IMG/VR virus record: IMGVR_UViG_3300050821_010639
Span: 32,001 to 96,000 of that record
Length of the DNA stretch: 64,000 bases
Source: a virus
Reading direction: 5' to 3' (one strand)
Shown here: positions 28,830 to 40,110 of the stretch, in pieces
Numbering within the stretch: position 1 is the stretch's first letter
Layout: each line of letters begins with the position of its first letter
Program-made: the position numbers and the translations under genes
Notes under the pieces: generated by a model
Seen by the model: the letters and a program-made list of their open reading frames with translations, nothing else
Told to the model about the DNA's origin: nothing
Databases searched by the model: none

Positions 28830-31800
28830 TCACCGCTCCCGGCGCCAGACGTCCAGGCCGTCAAGGGCCTCGCCGGTCTTCGTGTAGCCGTTCGTGGTGT
28901 CGCCGACGGCGGCGCGGGCCATGAAATTGGTCTCCGGCACCTTCATGGCCCCGGACGGGTCCTCCGCCCACGCCTCACGGCCGGTGTACTCCCCTAGCCA
29001 CTCCTGCCAGGCTTCGGGTGTGCGCAGCCGCTCGGCGCGGTCGACGCGCCCGAAGTCCTCGGCGGTGGCCGGGGGCAGCTCGAAGACCCGGCCGATGAAC
29101 GGCTCGGGCCACTGCTCGATGTCGACCGGGTGCTCACCCGTAGGACTGCTGAGCAGCAGCCGCCCTCGGCGAGACGACCCGTCAGCCTCCCGGTGCCGGA
29201 AGTCGTCAAGGGCCCGCTGCTGCTCAGCCGGGGTTAGTCCTCCTTCAGGTGCCACGTCATCACCTTCCCGTCCTCCACCCAGCGCCCGTAGGAGTGCGCG
29301 GGCACGCAGTAGTTCCAGGGGATGCGCCTGCTGATGCCACGCGTCAGCACCACGCCGGCCTCGGCACCGCAAGAGTGCTCGGCCGGGCCGCGGTACCGGC
29401 ACTTCTTGCCGGGCTCGGCGACGCCCCACTCGGAACCCTCCTGCACGGCCTCCCAGTGGTGCCCGGCTTCCGCCGCGTGCGGCGGCTCCGGCCGGGTGAA
29501 CCCGCCCGTCACGGTGACGGCAGCGTCGTTGCTCAAGTGAGCCTCCTATTTTTACTTGACCAGAGTCTAGTGTTTCCCGTTACCCTCGTCAACAGCGCCG
29601 GGACTGCCGACGACCATCAGCTTCAGCCGTCGCAGGGGCACGCCGCAACGCGGGCAGGGCGGCACCTCGTCGCCGTCTACGTCGTCCCACCAGCACGACG
29701 CGCCAGCCTCGGAGCAGGGCTTGCAGCGCAGCAGCCTGAAGACTTCCTTGCGGCCCTGCACGCGGCGCTCCAGTTCAGCCTCGGCGCAGGGCCTGGCGGT
29801 CACCGGGCTGGCGTGCACGTGCGCGCAGGTCCAGGTCGGCCTTGCCCGGGGACCGGGGCGCAGCGCGCCATGCCAGCCGCCGGCAGCCCCCTTGATGCCG
29901 ACGTAGCCGGCGACCAGGTCAGCGCTCACGGGAAGCCTCGCGCCGCGCCAGCTCGGCCATCGCGCAGGCACGGGCCTCGTCCTTGCGGGCGTACTCGTCC
30001 AGGCAGCGCCACACGATCCGCCGGCTGGCGGAAAAGCGCGGGTCGTCCGGCGCGTCGGCCAGCAGGGCCAGCCAGTACCCGCCGTTCAGGGCCGGGGCCG
30101 GGAACAGCAGGCTAGGCGGCGGGGCCTCGCCGTACCCGGCGGTACGGACCATCACCCCGCCGCCCTCAACGGACTCGAAGGTCACCAGGGACAGGCACAG
30201 GCTGCCATTCGGGTGCTCTAGCCACGCCTGGAGCCGCTGGCGCTCAGCGAGGGACAGGCAGGCGGCGTGCTCACCCACGGAGAGCCTCCGCCGTGTCGGT
30301 CTCGTCAAAGAACGGGGGCAGGCCCTGCTCCTCGCGCATCACGTTCAGCGCGCGGGCGCACACCGGGCAGTACGGCGCCTTCCGCACCCGGGCCAGCGCC
30401 CCGGCCGAGGGCTCGAAGCGGTTCCCGTGCTCGTCCACGTCAACCGGGCGCTCGGTCACCGGGTCGATAAGGACCGTCGGCACCCTGTCCGGGTCGAAAG
30501 CGAAGATCCCGCCGTGCACGAAGCACGGGCCGAGCGCGACGGTGACAGCGGGCTCGCTCACAGGGTGTCCCGCCAGTCGCCGGTTTCCCGGGCCTGTGCC
30601 GTGAGCGGCCTGGAGCCGGACAGGCCCGCGGACTCGAAAGCCACCTGGATGGCCGTCAGGGCCTTAGCCAGGTCGCTCACGGTGCTCAGGCGGCCCCGGG
30701 CCTCGTCGGCTGACATCATGCCGAGGCGGACGGCCTCGGACATCTCCCCGGTCGCCGAGACAGCGCGGCTAAGGGCCTCGTCCCGCACCCGGGCCCCGCA
30801 GTCAGCGGCCTCGCCGGGAGCCGGAACCCCGGTGCGGCGGGGAAGAGCGGACTTCCCCGCCGCCCAGGCCGGGACCGGGGAGGTGCCAGGACCGCGCGCG
30901 GGCAGGCCGGGCACCCTCGCCTTCTCCGGCCGCCGCGGGGCCGGCCTCAGCGCGGCGGCGCGGCGGCGCGCGCAGATGGCGCGCAGCAGCCGGCGGTACC
31001 GCCGGCCGGCCAGGAGGATGAGCGGGAGCCGCAGCAGCTCCGGGGCCGTCAGGTACCGGTACCAGGGCCGGGCCACGGCCAGGTGGACCACCCAGAAGAA
31101 GAAAACGATGACGGCCAGGCCGAGGAACGTGCTCACGAGGCGTCCAGCATGGCGATGACGCGCTCCAGGGCCTCGGTGTCCCGGTGAGCCATGCCGCCCG
31201 GCTCGCCCTCCCGGGCTGCCAGCAAGCCGACCAGGTGGCCGCGGGCAGCCTCCGCCGCGGCGGAGGCATCCGGGCCGTCCTCGCAGCGCAGGTAGTAGCC
31301 GGCCGCGTGCGCGGCGTTCACCAGGTCGACAGCCGAGCGGGGCAGCTGGCCGGGGTGGTACTCCCAGTTGACGTCCCCCAGGTCCCGCGCCCGCCGACGC
31401 AGCTCCTCCAGGCGGGGAGCCAGGCCGCCTGCGGCGGCGAAGAGCGCCGGCCGGTCAGCCGGGGCGACCCGGACGCGGGTCTCGGAGTTGCCGCGCGCGA
31501 AGCAGAGGTCGACGTCCTCGGGGTAGTCCTGGTTCGGCCGGGCGTAGATCCGGTCCTGGGGGCCGCCCGAGGACGGCAGGGCCAAGCCGGGCCCGTCGTA
31601 CGGGAGCGGCTGGCCGCCGGCTACCTGCATCGGGCTCCGGCGCAGGTGCCGCCTCCCGTTGCCTGGTCCCATGTGGTCCATCGTGCCTGCCCTTCACTAG
31701 GGTTCCGGGGAAAGAGTAAGCCCCGCCAGCTGACAGTCCCAGCGTAGCGGGGCTTTTGACTTGAGTCAAGAGAATCAGGAGTAGGCCAGGTCGCTGGCCC

Positions 31801-32026
31801 TGTCGTAGACGCGCCGGCGCAGCGCGTCAGGGTCGCCCCCGAGCCGGCGCACCTCCTCCGCCAGCCGGCTGGCGACCGCCAGGGCGGCCACGAAGGTCTC
31901 GCCGGGAGCCTCCTCGCCCATGGCCAGCAGCTGCTCCGTGCCCAGGCTGCCGCCCTCGTAGGCGGTCAGGCCGGCCAGCGCGGTCAGCAGCGCCTGGCTC
32001 GCCCTCATGCGGCCGGCCACGGGCAC
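28830..32026 (-). other. Run of small hypothetical CDS (e.g. 29234-29536, 29919-30308, 30271-30561, 30558-31136, 31133-31681, 31775-32026)
   Basis: Overlapping start/stop codons and high GC3; several carry CxxC motifs. Confidence 0.55.
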
Positions 32027-32388
32027 CTCCTGGTGGTTGAAGTAAGTGGGCTGCCTGCCCGGCAGGCTCCCTCGCGCCGTCCGGAAGACATGTCAGCTTC
32101 CAGCCGGCGGTCCAGGGCGGGGGCTCGCACCCCGCTGGGGAAACCTTGCGCCGAGGCACATACGCCGGGGGAGCTAGGCTCGACCGGCTCAGCGCACCCG
32201 GGGCGAAGCCCGGGTCCCGCGGCTCTATCAAGGTGGCGGCGGGGGACGTTCACCGGGGCGGGGAGGGGTGGCCCCCCGCTGGTGTCAGGCAGCCGGCCCT
32301 GTGCCCGGGAAAAACAACGGAGAATCCGTGTAGATGAATCCCCGGGCAAAGACAAGCTTTTAGTACGTGCGAGCCGATTCGGTTTCAT

Positions 32389-32679
32389 TCAGGGCTCCTC
32401 GTCGTCCATGCGCCTGGACCACGAGTCCGGGTGCCCGGCAGGCAGCGCCTCGGCCGACGGCACCAGGACGAAGCCCGAGCGGAGCTTGAGCGCGAGGTCG
32501 GCGATCTCGGCCAGCAGGTCCGCTCGGGACTCTGACCTGGGGGTACCCGCCTGTGCAAGCCGCAACTCGATGCCCTCCCTGATGAAGTCGGACACGGTAG
32601 CGCCCTCGGCCTCAGCGGCTTTCCGCACCTGGTCGAGCACCTCCGGGTCCAGCCGCAGCAGGAAGTCGCCCTTGCTCAC
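32389..32679 (-). CDS. Ribbon-helix-helix (CopG/Arc-like) regulator
   Basis: FLLRLDPEVLDQVRKAAEAEGATVSDFIREGI. Confidence 0.8.
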   Translation of the reverse strand: MSKGDFLLRLDPEVLDQVRKAAEAEGATVSDFIREGIELRLAQAGTPRSESRADLLAEIADLALKLRSGFVLVPSAEALPAGHPDSWSRRMDDEEP

Positions 32680-32686
32680 ACCCAGA

Positions 32687-32784
32687 AGATAGCACCCTCT
32701 GATAGCTATCACAAGGTGCTATCAGATAGCTTTTCAGCCCCCTAGGTGATATCAGCTAGCACCACGAGATATCACCTAGGGGGC
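32687..32784. promoter_or_regulatory. GATAGC/GCTATC/GATATC repeat cluster with a 17-bp inverted repeat upstream of the RHH gene
   Basis: Arms gccccctaggtgatatc (32737-32753) and gatatcacctagggggc (32768-32784). Confidence 0.65.
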
Positions 32785-32787
32785 CGA

Positions 32788-33222
32788 TTACCACTCAGCG
32801 TCACCAGGAGACCACTCCATGGCGTCACCGTACGGGGCCACGTCGTACGGGCCCGGCCAATCAGTGCCACCGGACGAGGGTGATTCAGAATCAGTATGCG
32901 AACTTGTTATGAAACTGGCCGGCGACGGCAGGCTCACCGTGCCGTAGGCCTCGCGGACGTAGCGGCGTGCCGCCTCCTCGATGGTCACCCCGCGGTCCGG
33001 CTGCTGCCGTGCTTCAAGCCCGGAGTCCGTGTACCCGACGTGCCGCCGTCGGCCGCGCGGGTCCACCAGCATGATGTCCGACGGCCGGAACTCGATGGCG
33101 GAGGCGGTGCCCTCGCCGGGCACCCCTGGGCCGGTCCAGTCATGGCAGGCACCGCAGTAGCCCTGGCGCTCGTCCTCAGGGCTGTGCGACGTCCGCTGGC
33201 ACCGCGGGCAGGTAAAGGCCAC
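32788..33222 (-). CDS. Hypothetical protein with an N-terminal CxxC...CxxC finger
   Basis: FTCPRC...YCGACH. Confidence 0.55.
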   Translation of the reverse strand: MAFTCPRCQRTSHSPEDERQGYCGACHDWTGPGVPGEGTASAIEFRPSDIMLVDPRGRRRHVGYTDSGLEARQQPDRGVTIEEAARRYVREAYGTVSLPSPASFITSSHTDSESPSSGGTDWPGPYDVAPYGDAMEWSPGDAEW

Positions 33223-33466
33223 AGCCCAAGCCTAAGACAGCCAGACCCCCTCGCGGCGGGCGCGAGGGGGTCCTTACGCGGCCGGGGGCGTTCGCACCTG
33301 GAGGTGTGGCCGGCCACGCGCCTGAGGGACTTGCGGCGGGACGGGCCGGGGGAGCGTCCGCTTTAATGAACGAGCAGGCCCGTCCCGCCGCGGGCGCCAG
33401 CCACTGCGACATGCCCTGCGCCCGCGAGTGCGAGGCTAGCAGCCTGGCCGCGGGCCGCGCAGGACT

Positions 33467-34606
33467 TCAGCCGAGGCCGGAAATGATGAACATCGCGGAC
33501 GGCTGCGCGACCGTCAGCCCGATGCGGTAGTTCTGCACAAGGCCCCGCTCGTACCGCAGCGGCACCCGGAAGGGCGAGGGGGCCTCAAGGAAGCCCGGCA
33601 CCACGCCGGCGGAGTAGAAGTCCGGCTCATCGGCGCGGCAGCGGTCGCACAGCAGGTCTTCCTCCGTCGCCCGGCGCACGCACCGGGCAGCGCCCGTGCC
33701 GCAGCGGCAGCGCAGGGACTCGTGCTCAGCCAGCTGGCCGCCGTAGGCGGCGGCAACTGGCAGGTCGTGGGTGTAGCAGCACACGGGTATATCTTGCCAC
33801 GAGACAAGCGGAACGGGACTCCGACGGGTTTTTTCACGCAGAGTCACGGAAAGCTTTATGCCGGCGGTGAGCGATGGTAAGAATGATCTTGAAAGTTCTA
33901 CGGAGAGTGACTTTTCCCGCTCGCGCAGGACCGCCCCGATGAGGAACCGCCCTACGTACCGGGTGTAGGCCGGCGGCACCGCGAGGCTCAGCTCGTTGCC
34001 GCTCATCCAGTCGATGCCCATCGCCTCCGGGCCGAGGTAGGTTCCCACGTCGCCGGTGATGGACACGTGCCAGCCCTCGTCCCACAGCTTGCGGCGCTGC
34101 TTGGTGGCGGTCCTCGCGCTGTGGTCGCGGTGCGGCAGCTGGGTGACCTCGCCGGGCCCGAAGTGCGCGCTGGCCTCGAACCAGCGCAGCCGGTAGGTGC
34201 GCAGCGGCGGGTCCTGCATGCAGCCGCACAGCCGTACGTCGGCGCGCATCGGGGCGCCGGGCACGTTCTCGATGACGTACGGCTTCCCGGTGGCCTCCAG
34301 GCGGGTGCGCAGGTCACCCAGCAGGTGGCCGGTGCCGTCGAGCCCCGCCACCGACTTCAGCGGCGTGTGGTCGTGGCAGGGCATCGAGCACGCGTAGGCG
34401 TCGTACCCGTCCAGGTCCAGCGTCGTCGCGTCCGCCCGGATGAACCGGGACGGCCAGGGGAACCGGGGCTGGGGCGCGATGTCCACGCCGGTCACCTCCA
34501 CGACGGGCCCGCCGCGTGCCGCCGAGTCCTGCCCGGCCAGGTGGTAGCCCCACGACGTGCCGCCCGCCGAGCAGCCCAGGTCCAGCAGGCGGATTATGTC
34601 TCCCAT
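33467..34606 (-). CDS. Second DNA cytosine-5 methyltransferase-like protein
   Basis: LLDLGCSAGG, MPCH, PYVIENV. The C-terminal ~150 aa look unrelated. Confidence 0.78.
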   Translation of the reverse strand: MGDIIRLLDLGCSAGGTSWGYHLAGQDSAARGGPVVEVTGVDIAPQPRFPWPSRFIRADATTLDLDGYDAYACSMPCHDHTPLKSVAGLDGTGHLLGDLRTRLEATGKPYVIENVPGAPMRADVRLCGCMQDPPLRTYRLRWFEASAHFGPGEVTQLPHRDHSARTATKQRRKLWDEGWHVSITGDVGTYLGPEAMGIDWMSGNELSLAVPPAYTRYVGRFLIGAVLREREKSLSVELSRSFLPSLTAGIKLSVTLREKTRRSPVPLVSWQDIPVCCYTHDLPVAAAYGGQLAEHESLRCRCGTGAARCVRRATEEDLLCDRCRADEPDFYSAGVVPGFLEAPSPFRVPLRYERGLVQNYRIGLTVAQPSAMFIISGLG

Positions 34607-34860
34607 GGCAGGTACTACGGCACGCTGACCGCGGGAAACGCGGTTCCGGGGCTATGTATTTTTCCCCTCGCGGGGCGCGGACGGGACCCGGGGACATTTG
34701 TTTTTCCGGGCGCGGGGCGTTAAGAGACTAAGCCGGCGCGGAGGCGAGCCTCCAACCTTCACCGATGGGACCCGGACGACGGAACCCCGCCGGCGCGCGC
34801 CGCGGCAGCATGTCGAACGGGGAAGGGGGCGCGGCGACCTGGCCGCGCCCCCGCGCGAGG

Positions 34861-37800
34861 CTAAGCGCGCGCCTCGCGCACTACCGCGCGCCGCACGCTT
34901 GCCATGCCCATGCCGTCTGTGTCCACGTACATCAGGTCAGCAGCGGCGTAGATGGCGCTGTGCGGCGCGCCCTTCACTATGACGTCTGCGGCTTGCGCGC
35001 TAGGCGCCTCCACCAGGCTGGTGATCAAGTCGTCTCCGGTCACTGTGCTGCCTCTCGCTCGGTTGCCATACCCCCAACCTACCGCATGGCTTGACTCAAG
35101 ACAAGAGATCTGGCGCATTGGCCGTATGAGCGCACTGACCGCACAAGACATCGCCGACGGGCGCTGGCAGGTACCGCGCAGAACGGGCCAGGAAAGCCCT
35201 AGGGCCCGCACAGAGCGTCTGTGCGGGCCCTAGGCATGCGAGAGGAGCTAGCGCCCCCTGGTACGGCTCCTGGCCACGTACGCGCGCCCGTCACGCGCCT
35301 CGCGCGAGTTGGCCACAGCGCGCAGCGTGCGCGCCTCACTGGCGGGAATAGACAGCAGCGCGCTGCGGTCGGCGAGGCGCCGTACCTCTGGCGTGGGGAC
35401 GTCGCGCACGTCAGCGATGACGCGGCATGCCCGCGCGAGGCGCGCGCGGAACGTTCGGTCTTTCATGGTGCCTCACCTGTATGAGTCGGGTTGCTTGACA
35501 CGAGTCTAGCGCATGGCTTGACCGCAGACAAGGCAAAAGCGCCCCCTGGCCGTACGTGGCCAGGGGGCGCTGTGGAGGGTCGCTAGCCGGCCAGCGCGGC
35601 GGCTACGGCCTTGCGGAAACGGTACGGAGTGAGCATGCGGTCCGCGTAGGCGCGCGCCGCGTCCTGCAGCGCCGGCGAGGCGCCCAGCAGTGCCCGCGCG
35701 TCGTCCGCCGCCGCGTGGTAGCCGTCGGAGTGCCCCGTGCGCTCAAGCTCGTCAGCCACGTGGGCTACCTCGATGGCGCGCGGCGGAAGCTTCTCCTGAG
35801 CGCACCATTCGTCGGCGTACAAGCCGAAGTCCCGGTCATGGGTGAGGCACACGCGGATAGCCGCGTCCCCCTCGACTTGCTCGTAAACGCATGACTGCTG
35901 TGCTGTGTCGGTTGCCATGCCCCCAATGTAGTGCACGGCTTGACTGGAGTCAAGACGCCGGCGCACCCCGGGAAGGCATCTCCCGGGGTGCGCTGGTGAG
36001 GGGCTTAGAACACGGCCAGCGCGTTCAGCACAGCCTCGTCAAGGCCGCGCTGGGTAGGCGCCCCGGTAGCGGCGGCGCGCACGGAGGGGAAACGGGCCAG
36101 CATCGCGCACGCCATCTCGCGGGCGCCGCCGTACTCGCCCGCGTCCCCGCCTACCCGGCTGATGGCCGTGCGCACGGCTGTTACGACGTCAGCCGCGCCA
36201 CTGGCGGGCTCGTCACCCGGCACCGCGTAAACGGCCAGGTCGATGTCCCGTTCGGCGATCGAGCCCAGAGGGTTGACCACGCCGCGCGCGATTTCGGTCG
36301 CGTGCCGCGGGCCCGTGATGCCCTGCACCGCACTGTCTAGGTAGAACGTCGGGACGGACACGCTCCCGTGCCAGTCTCCGTTGTGCGTGAGGATTTGCCC
36401 GGTTACCGCGTACATCGTCATGGTGCCTGCCCCTGCTAGTCGGTTGCGCTTGCTCACGAGGATAGGTGAGAGCTTGACACGAGTCAAGCCATGCACGTGA
36501 GGCGCTGTAAGGCCCGTAGCGGCACGCTGGCGAGTTGGGTAGTCAGGGGCACGCGGCGAGGCGCTTAGGGGGCGCTACGGGCCTTACAGCGCCTCGCGCG
36601 GGCACTTGCGCCGGCTCTCCCAGTACGGAACTTGTCGGCACCCGGTATTACCCGCTTCCCGCATCACGCCTACGTGCGCGGACAGCGCAGCGCCCCCGGT
36701 AGGGCTTTGACCCCCGGGGGCGCTGTGGCAGCAGGCGCTAGCGCTTACGCGCGCCCCGCCCGTGGCCGGCCGTACCTCTCCGCCCACGCCTTTGCGCTGG
36801 CCAGCGTGCGGTAGTAAGGCGAGTGCTGGTCATACGGGTATCCGGCCACGGTCGCGCGCCACGTGTTCCCGTCTCCCGGGAAGTTGGTCACGGTGGCGCT
36901 GTGGTACTCACTCGCGCCGCGCCATTCCGTGTAGCGCTTCCCCTCAAAGTCGAAGGGCTTGCGCGCCCATGTCATTGCGTACGGGTCGGCTGCCTCGCTC
37001 ACGGCTAGCGCCCGTTCCTGGCCAGCGCGGCACGGTGCTGGACTGCCGCGCGCAAGCGGCTACGCGGTGAGCGGGTGCGGTGCGCGATGATGGTTCGCAC
37101 CATGCGCAGCTGGGTTAGCGCCTCGCCGGTAACCGGCCCGGGGACCTGCGCGCGGTAAGCCGGCTCGCACGCGCGCAGCTCTGCCGTTGTCATGGCGGAT
37201 GCCGCGCGGTAAGCCTCGCGCCTCGCGTGCGCTATGGCCCGGTCAATTAGCGGTGCCCTGGTCATGATGTGCCTGCCCTTGCTCTGGCCGCGCCGTGGCG
37301 GCGCGCGCTCTGCTTACGAGGATAGGTGAGCGCTTGTCTTGAGTCAAGACGGGATCTTAGGCGGGCACGACAAATCCCCGCCGTTCATCTTCCATCGATG
37401 AACGGCGGGGACTGTCACACCTGAGGCCAGGCTACCCGTGTACGGGGCAGCTCGTGCCCGCGCACGCCTCACGTGAGCACGCGCCGGGCATCTCCGCGCG
37501 GTACGCGGCGAGGCCGGCCGGCATGGTTTCCGGGTAGTGCTGCCAGCGCCAACGGCACTCCCCGCACGCGCCGCACGCGCCGCACGCGCCGCGCCACAAG
37601 TCGCAGTAAGTGAAGTTCCGGCAGAACGCGCACCAGCCGTAAGCCGGCGCGCGGTCGGGCTGGCCGGCGCCCCCGCTTGACTGGTACGCCTCGTTGTCCG
37701 CGTGACCGTGGTCAACGGCGTAGTCCCCGTAGGTGTCCGCCGGCGCGCTGCTGTCAAAGCCTGCACTGAAACTCGGCATGATGTGCCTGCCCTAGGTCGG

Positions 37801-38478
37801 TGGGTGTCTGCTTGCCACGATAGGTGAGAGCTTGACTTGAGTCAAGCGTTAGCGCTGCACTCACAGCCTGCGCTAGGCAGGGGCGGGATGGGGCCGACAT
37901 CACCGGGCCGGCGTATGGCGAACATCTCGACCATGGGCGAGGCGCTGTAGGGCACGTAGCGGAACACGCGCGCGAACGTGCCGGCCGGCTCGCACGTGGT
38001 CGAGATGTCACGCGCCGCGCGCTCTAGCCGGTCCGTGAGCGTGCCGTAACCCTCCCGCCCGCTAACCCACTGGCCCCATTTCCACTGGCCGTTTGGGCGG
38101 TAGACCTCTACCCGGTAGTTGCGCCCCATGTCGTTCATGACTGCCTGCCCTTGCTAGTCGGTTGCCTGCCACTACGATAGGTGAGAGCTTGACTTGAGTC
38201 AAGACACAAGCTAGCCCCGGTAGGCGACCCCTACCGGGGCTAGCTGTCGACCCGGCCTAGCGCCTCGCGCGGGACCTGGCCGCGCCTCGCCGCGTGCGGT
38301 CAGCGCTGCTGTCGCGCGAGGCGCGCGCCACCTTGAAGCCTCGCGAGGCGCTGTAGGTGACCCGTACGCCCATCCTGACTACAGCGCCCGCGGTCCGCGC
38401 GTCAGCGAGGATTGACCGCGCTGTGTCGGGCGAGTAGCGGTAGCTGGCCAGCGTCGCGATTGCGTCGATGTCTTGCAT
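34861..38478 (-). other. Cassette array of small hypothetical CDS (34861-35043, 35248-35466, 35583-35918, 36005-36421, 36745-37002, 37005-37265, 37432-37779, 37842-38138, 38257-38478)
   Basis: Most starts follow the conserved leader motif and a palindrome promoter. Confidence 0.65.
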
Positions 38479-38515
38479 GACGTGCCTGCCCTAGTTCGGT
38501 GCGGATGGGTGGGGG

Positions 38516-38785
38516 TTAGCGGGTGCGGTTCGCGCGGCGCGAGGCCTGCGAGGCGCGGCGGCCGGCCTTGCGGGCGCACTGCTGCTGACGCGTGCGGGGG
38601 GCACGCTCCGGGCGCCACATGGTGTTGTCCGCGCGCGTCATGGCGGCCGGAGCGTAGCGCCCGTAGGCCGCGCGCAGCGCCTGCCAGGTAACGCCGTAGC
38701 GCGCGGCGCTCTCCGCCCACGTACGGCCCGCCTCGCGGTCGCTGGTGATGGCCGCGTGCATGTCCGGGGTGACTTCGATGCTCAC
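38516..38785 (-). CDS. Small helix-turn-helix protein
   Basis: REAGRTWAESAARYGVTWQALRAA; GTG after AAGGGCAGGCAACCA. Confidence 0.6.
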   Translation of the reverse strand: MSIEVTPDMHAAITSDREAGRTWAESAARYGVTWQALRAAYGRYAPAAMTRADNTMWRPERAPRTRQQQCARKAGRRASQASRRANRTR

Positions 38786-38934
38786 TGGTTGCCTGCCCTT
38801 GCTAGTCGGTTGGCGTCTTGCCCTGCCCACCAGTATGCATGAACGCTTGACTTGAGTCAAGAGGATTCGGGAGACGGGAACACGACAGCGCCCCCGGGAA
38901 GCACCTTCCCGGGGGCGCTGCCAGCGCGGGGCGC

Positions 38935-40002
38935 CTAGGCGAGAGCGGCGGTAAGCCTCTCGCCCATGACCGACGCGAGAGCGTCAAGCGCCTGCGCGTC
39001 TTCCTTGGCCGTGACTCCGGTCACCATGTTGAGGTAGGTGCGCTCCATCCGGCCGCCGTCGGCACCTGAGACGTTGCGCTTCCACGTGTTGTGGGTGTTG
39101 CTCAGCTGAATGACGCCGAACGCGGTACCCGCCCACGGGCGCACCTTGGCATCGTGCCGCCACATCGCCTCGTACGTCTCGCGCAGCTTGACCGCGTTCG
39201 TGTACCTGGCCCCGCCAGTGCTCGACTTGGGGTCAGCGGCGGGAACCGGGGCCACCAGGGCCAGCCACGCGGCGAAGTCCGCCTCAGTGACGTCCACCGA
39301 CTGGAGAGCGGCGGCGGCCTGCGCGAACTCGTCTCCGGCCTGGTAGACCAGTCCCAGCGCGTCGCGCACCTCGGTCAGCTTGCCGATGCTGTTACGCGAG
39401 TGCTTGACCTTGAACTTGGTGCGCGCGGAGGAAAGCGCCGCAGCGAGCGTGTTATCACATACCGCTGCGGTCACCCCCGTGGCGTAGGTGCTGGAGAGCG
39501 TCCCGTCTACCGACGTCGCGGCCAGGATGTAGGGGGTGAACTCGAAACCGCCCACCTCAAGACCCGATCCGGTCAGCTGCGCTTGCATGAACGCGACGCC
39601 GCGGTTGCGCAGCAACCCGACGGACTTGGTGCCCAGTTCGCCGCGCGAGGTGTCGAGAATGGCGGCGATCTGGTCGGCCGTCCACTCCTTGTACCCGTGC
39701 ACCTGGTAACCCTGCTTGAAGACGCCGAGCACCGCGCCGTTGTCCGGGGTGACGATGACCTTGCGGGAAGGGTCCTTGATGACCTGGCGGTTACCGTCCG
39801 CGTCGGTGTACTGCGCGAACATCTCGGCTTCCGCGAACTCGACCGACAGCAGCCGCTCAACCTCCTCGGTCGGAACGGGCCCGTCGAAGTGCGAACCGTC
39901 GGTCATGTACTCGCCGCTTGCCGCCCACCAGGCCGGCCCGTCCGACCCCACGTAACCTACGCGGATGTTGGAGCGGAGCCATTCCATCGTTTCCTTGCTC
40001 AT
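38935..40002 (-). CDS. DUF932 family protein
   Basis: YILAATSVDGTLSS...AVCDNTL, KHSRNS, WAGTAFG. Confidence 0.85.
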   Translation of the reverse strand: MSKETMEWLRSNIRVGYVGSDGPAWWAASGEYMTDGSHFDGPVPTEEVERLLSVEFAEAEMFAQYTDADGNRQVIKDPSRKVIVTPDNGAVLGVFKQGYQVHGYKEWTADQIAAILDTSRGELGTKSVGLLRNRGVAFMQAQLTGSGLEVGGFEFTPYILAATSVDGTLSSTYATGVTAAVCDNTLAAALSSARTKFKVKHSRNSIGKLTEVRDALGLVYQAGDEFAQAAAALQSVDVTEADFAAWLALVAPVPAADPKSSTGGARYTNAVKLRETYEAMWRHDAKVRPWAGTAFGVIQLSNTHNTWKRNVSGADGGRMERTYLNMVTGVTAKEDAQALDALASVMGERLTAALA

Positions 40003-40110
40003 TGCGTGCCTGCCCTTTCACTGCCGGGGGCGTGTCCCCCTTGCTTGACTTCAGTTAACCAGACGTCGCCTGTACGTGTCAAGTCCCTCCCGACACGTAC
40101 CGCTCAGCTT

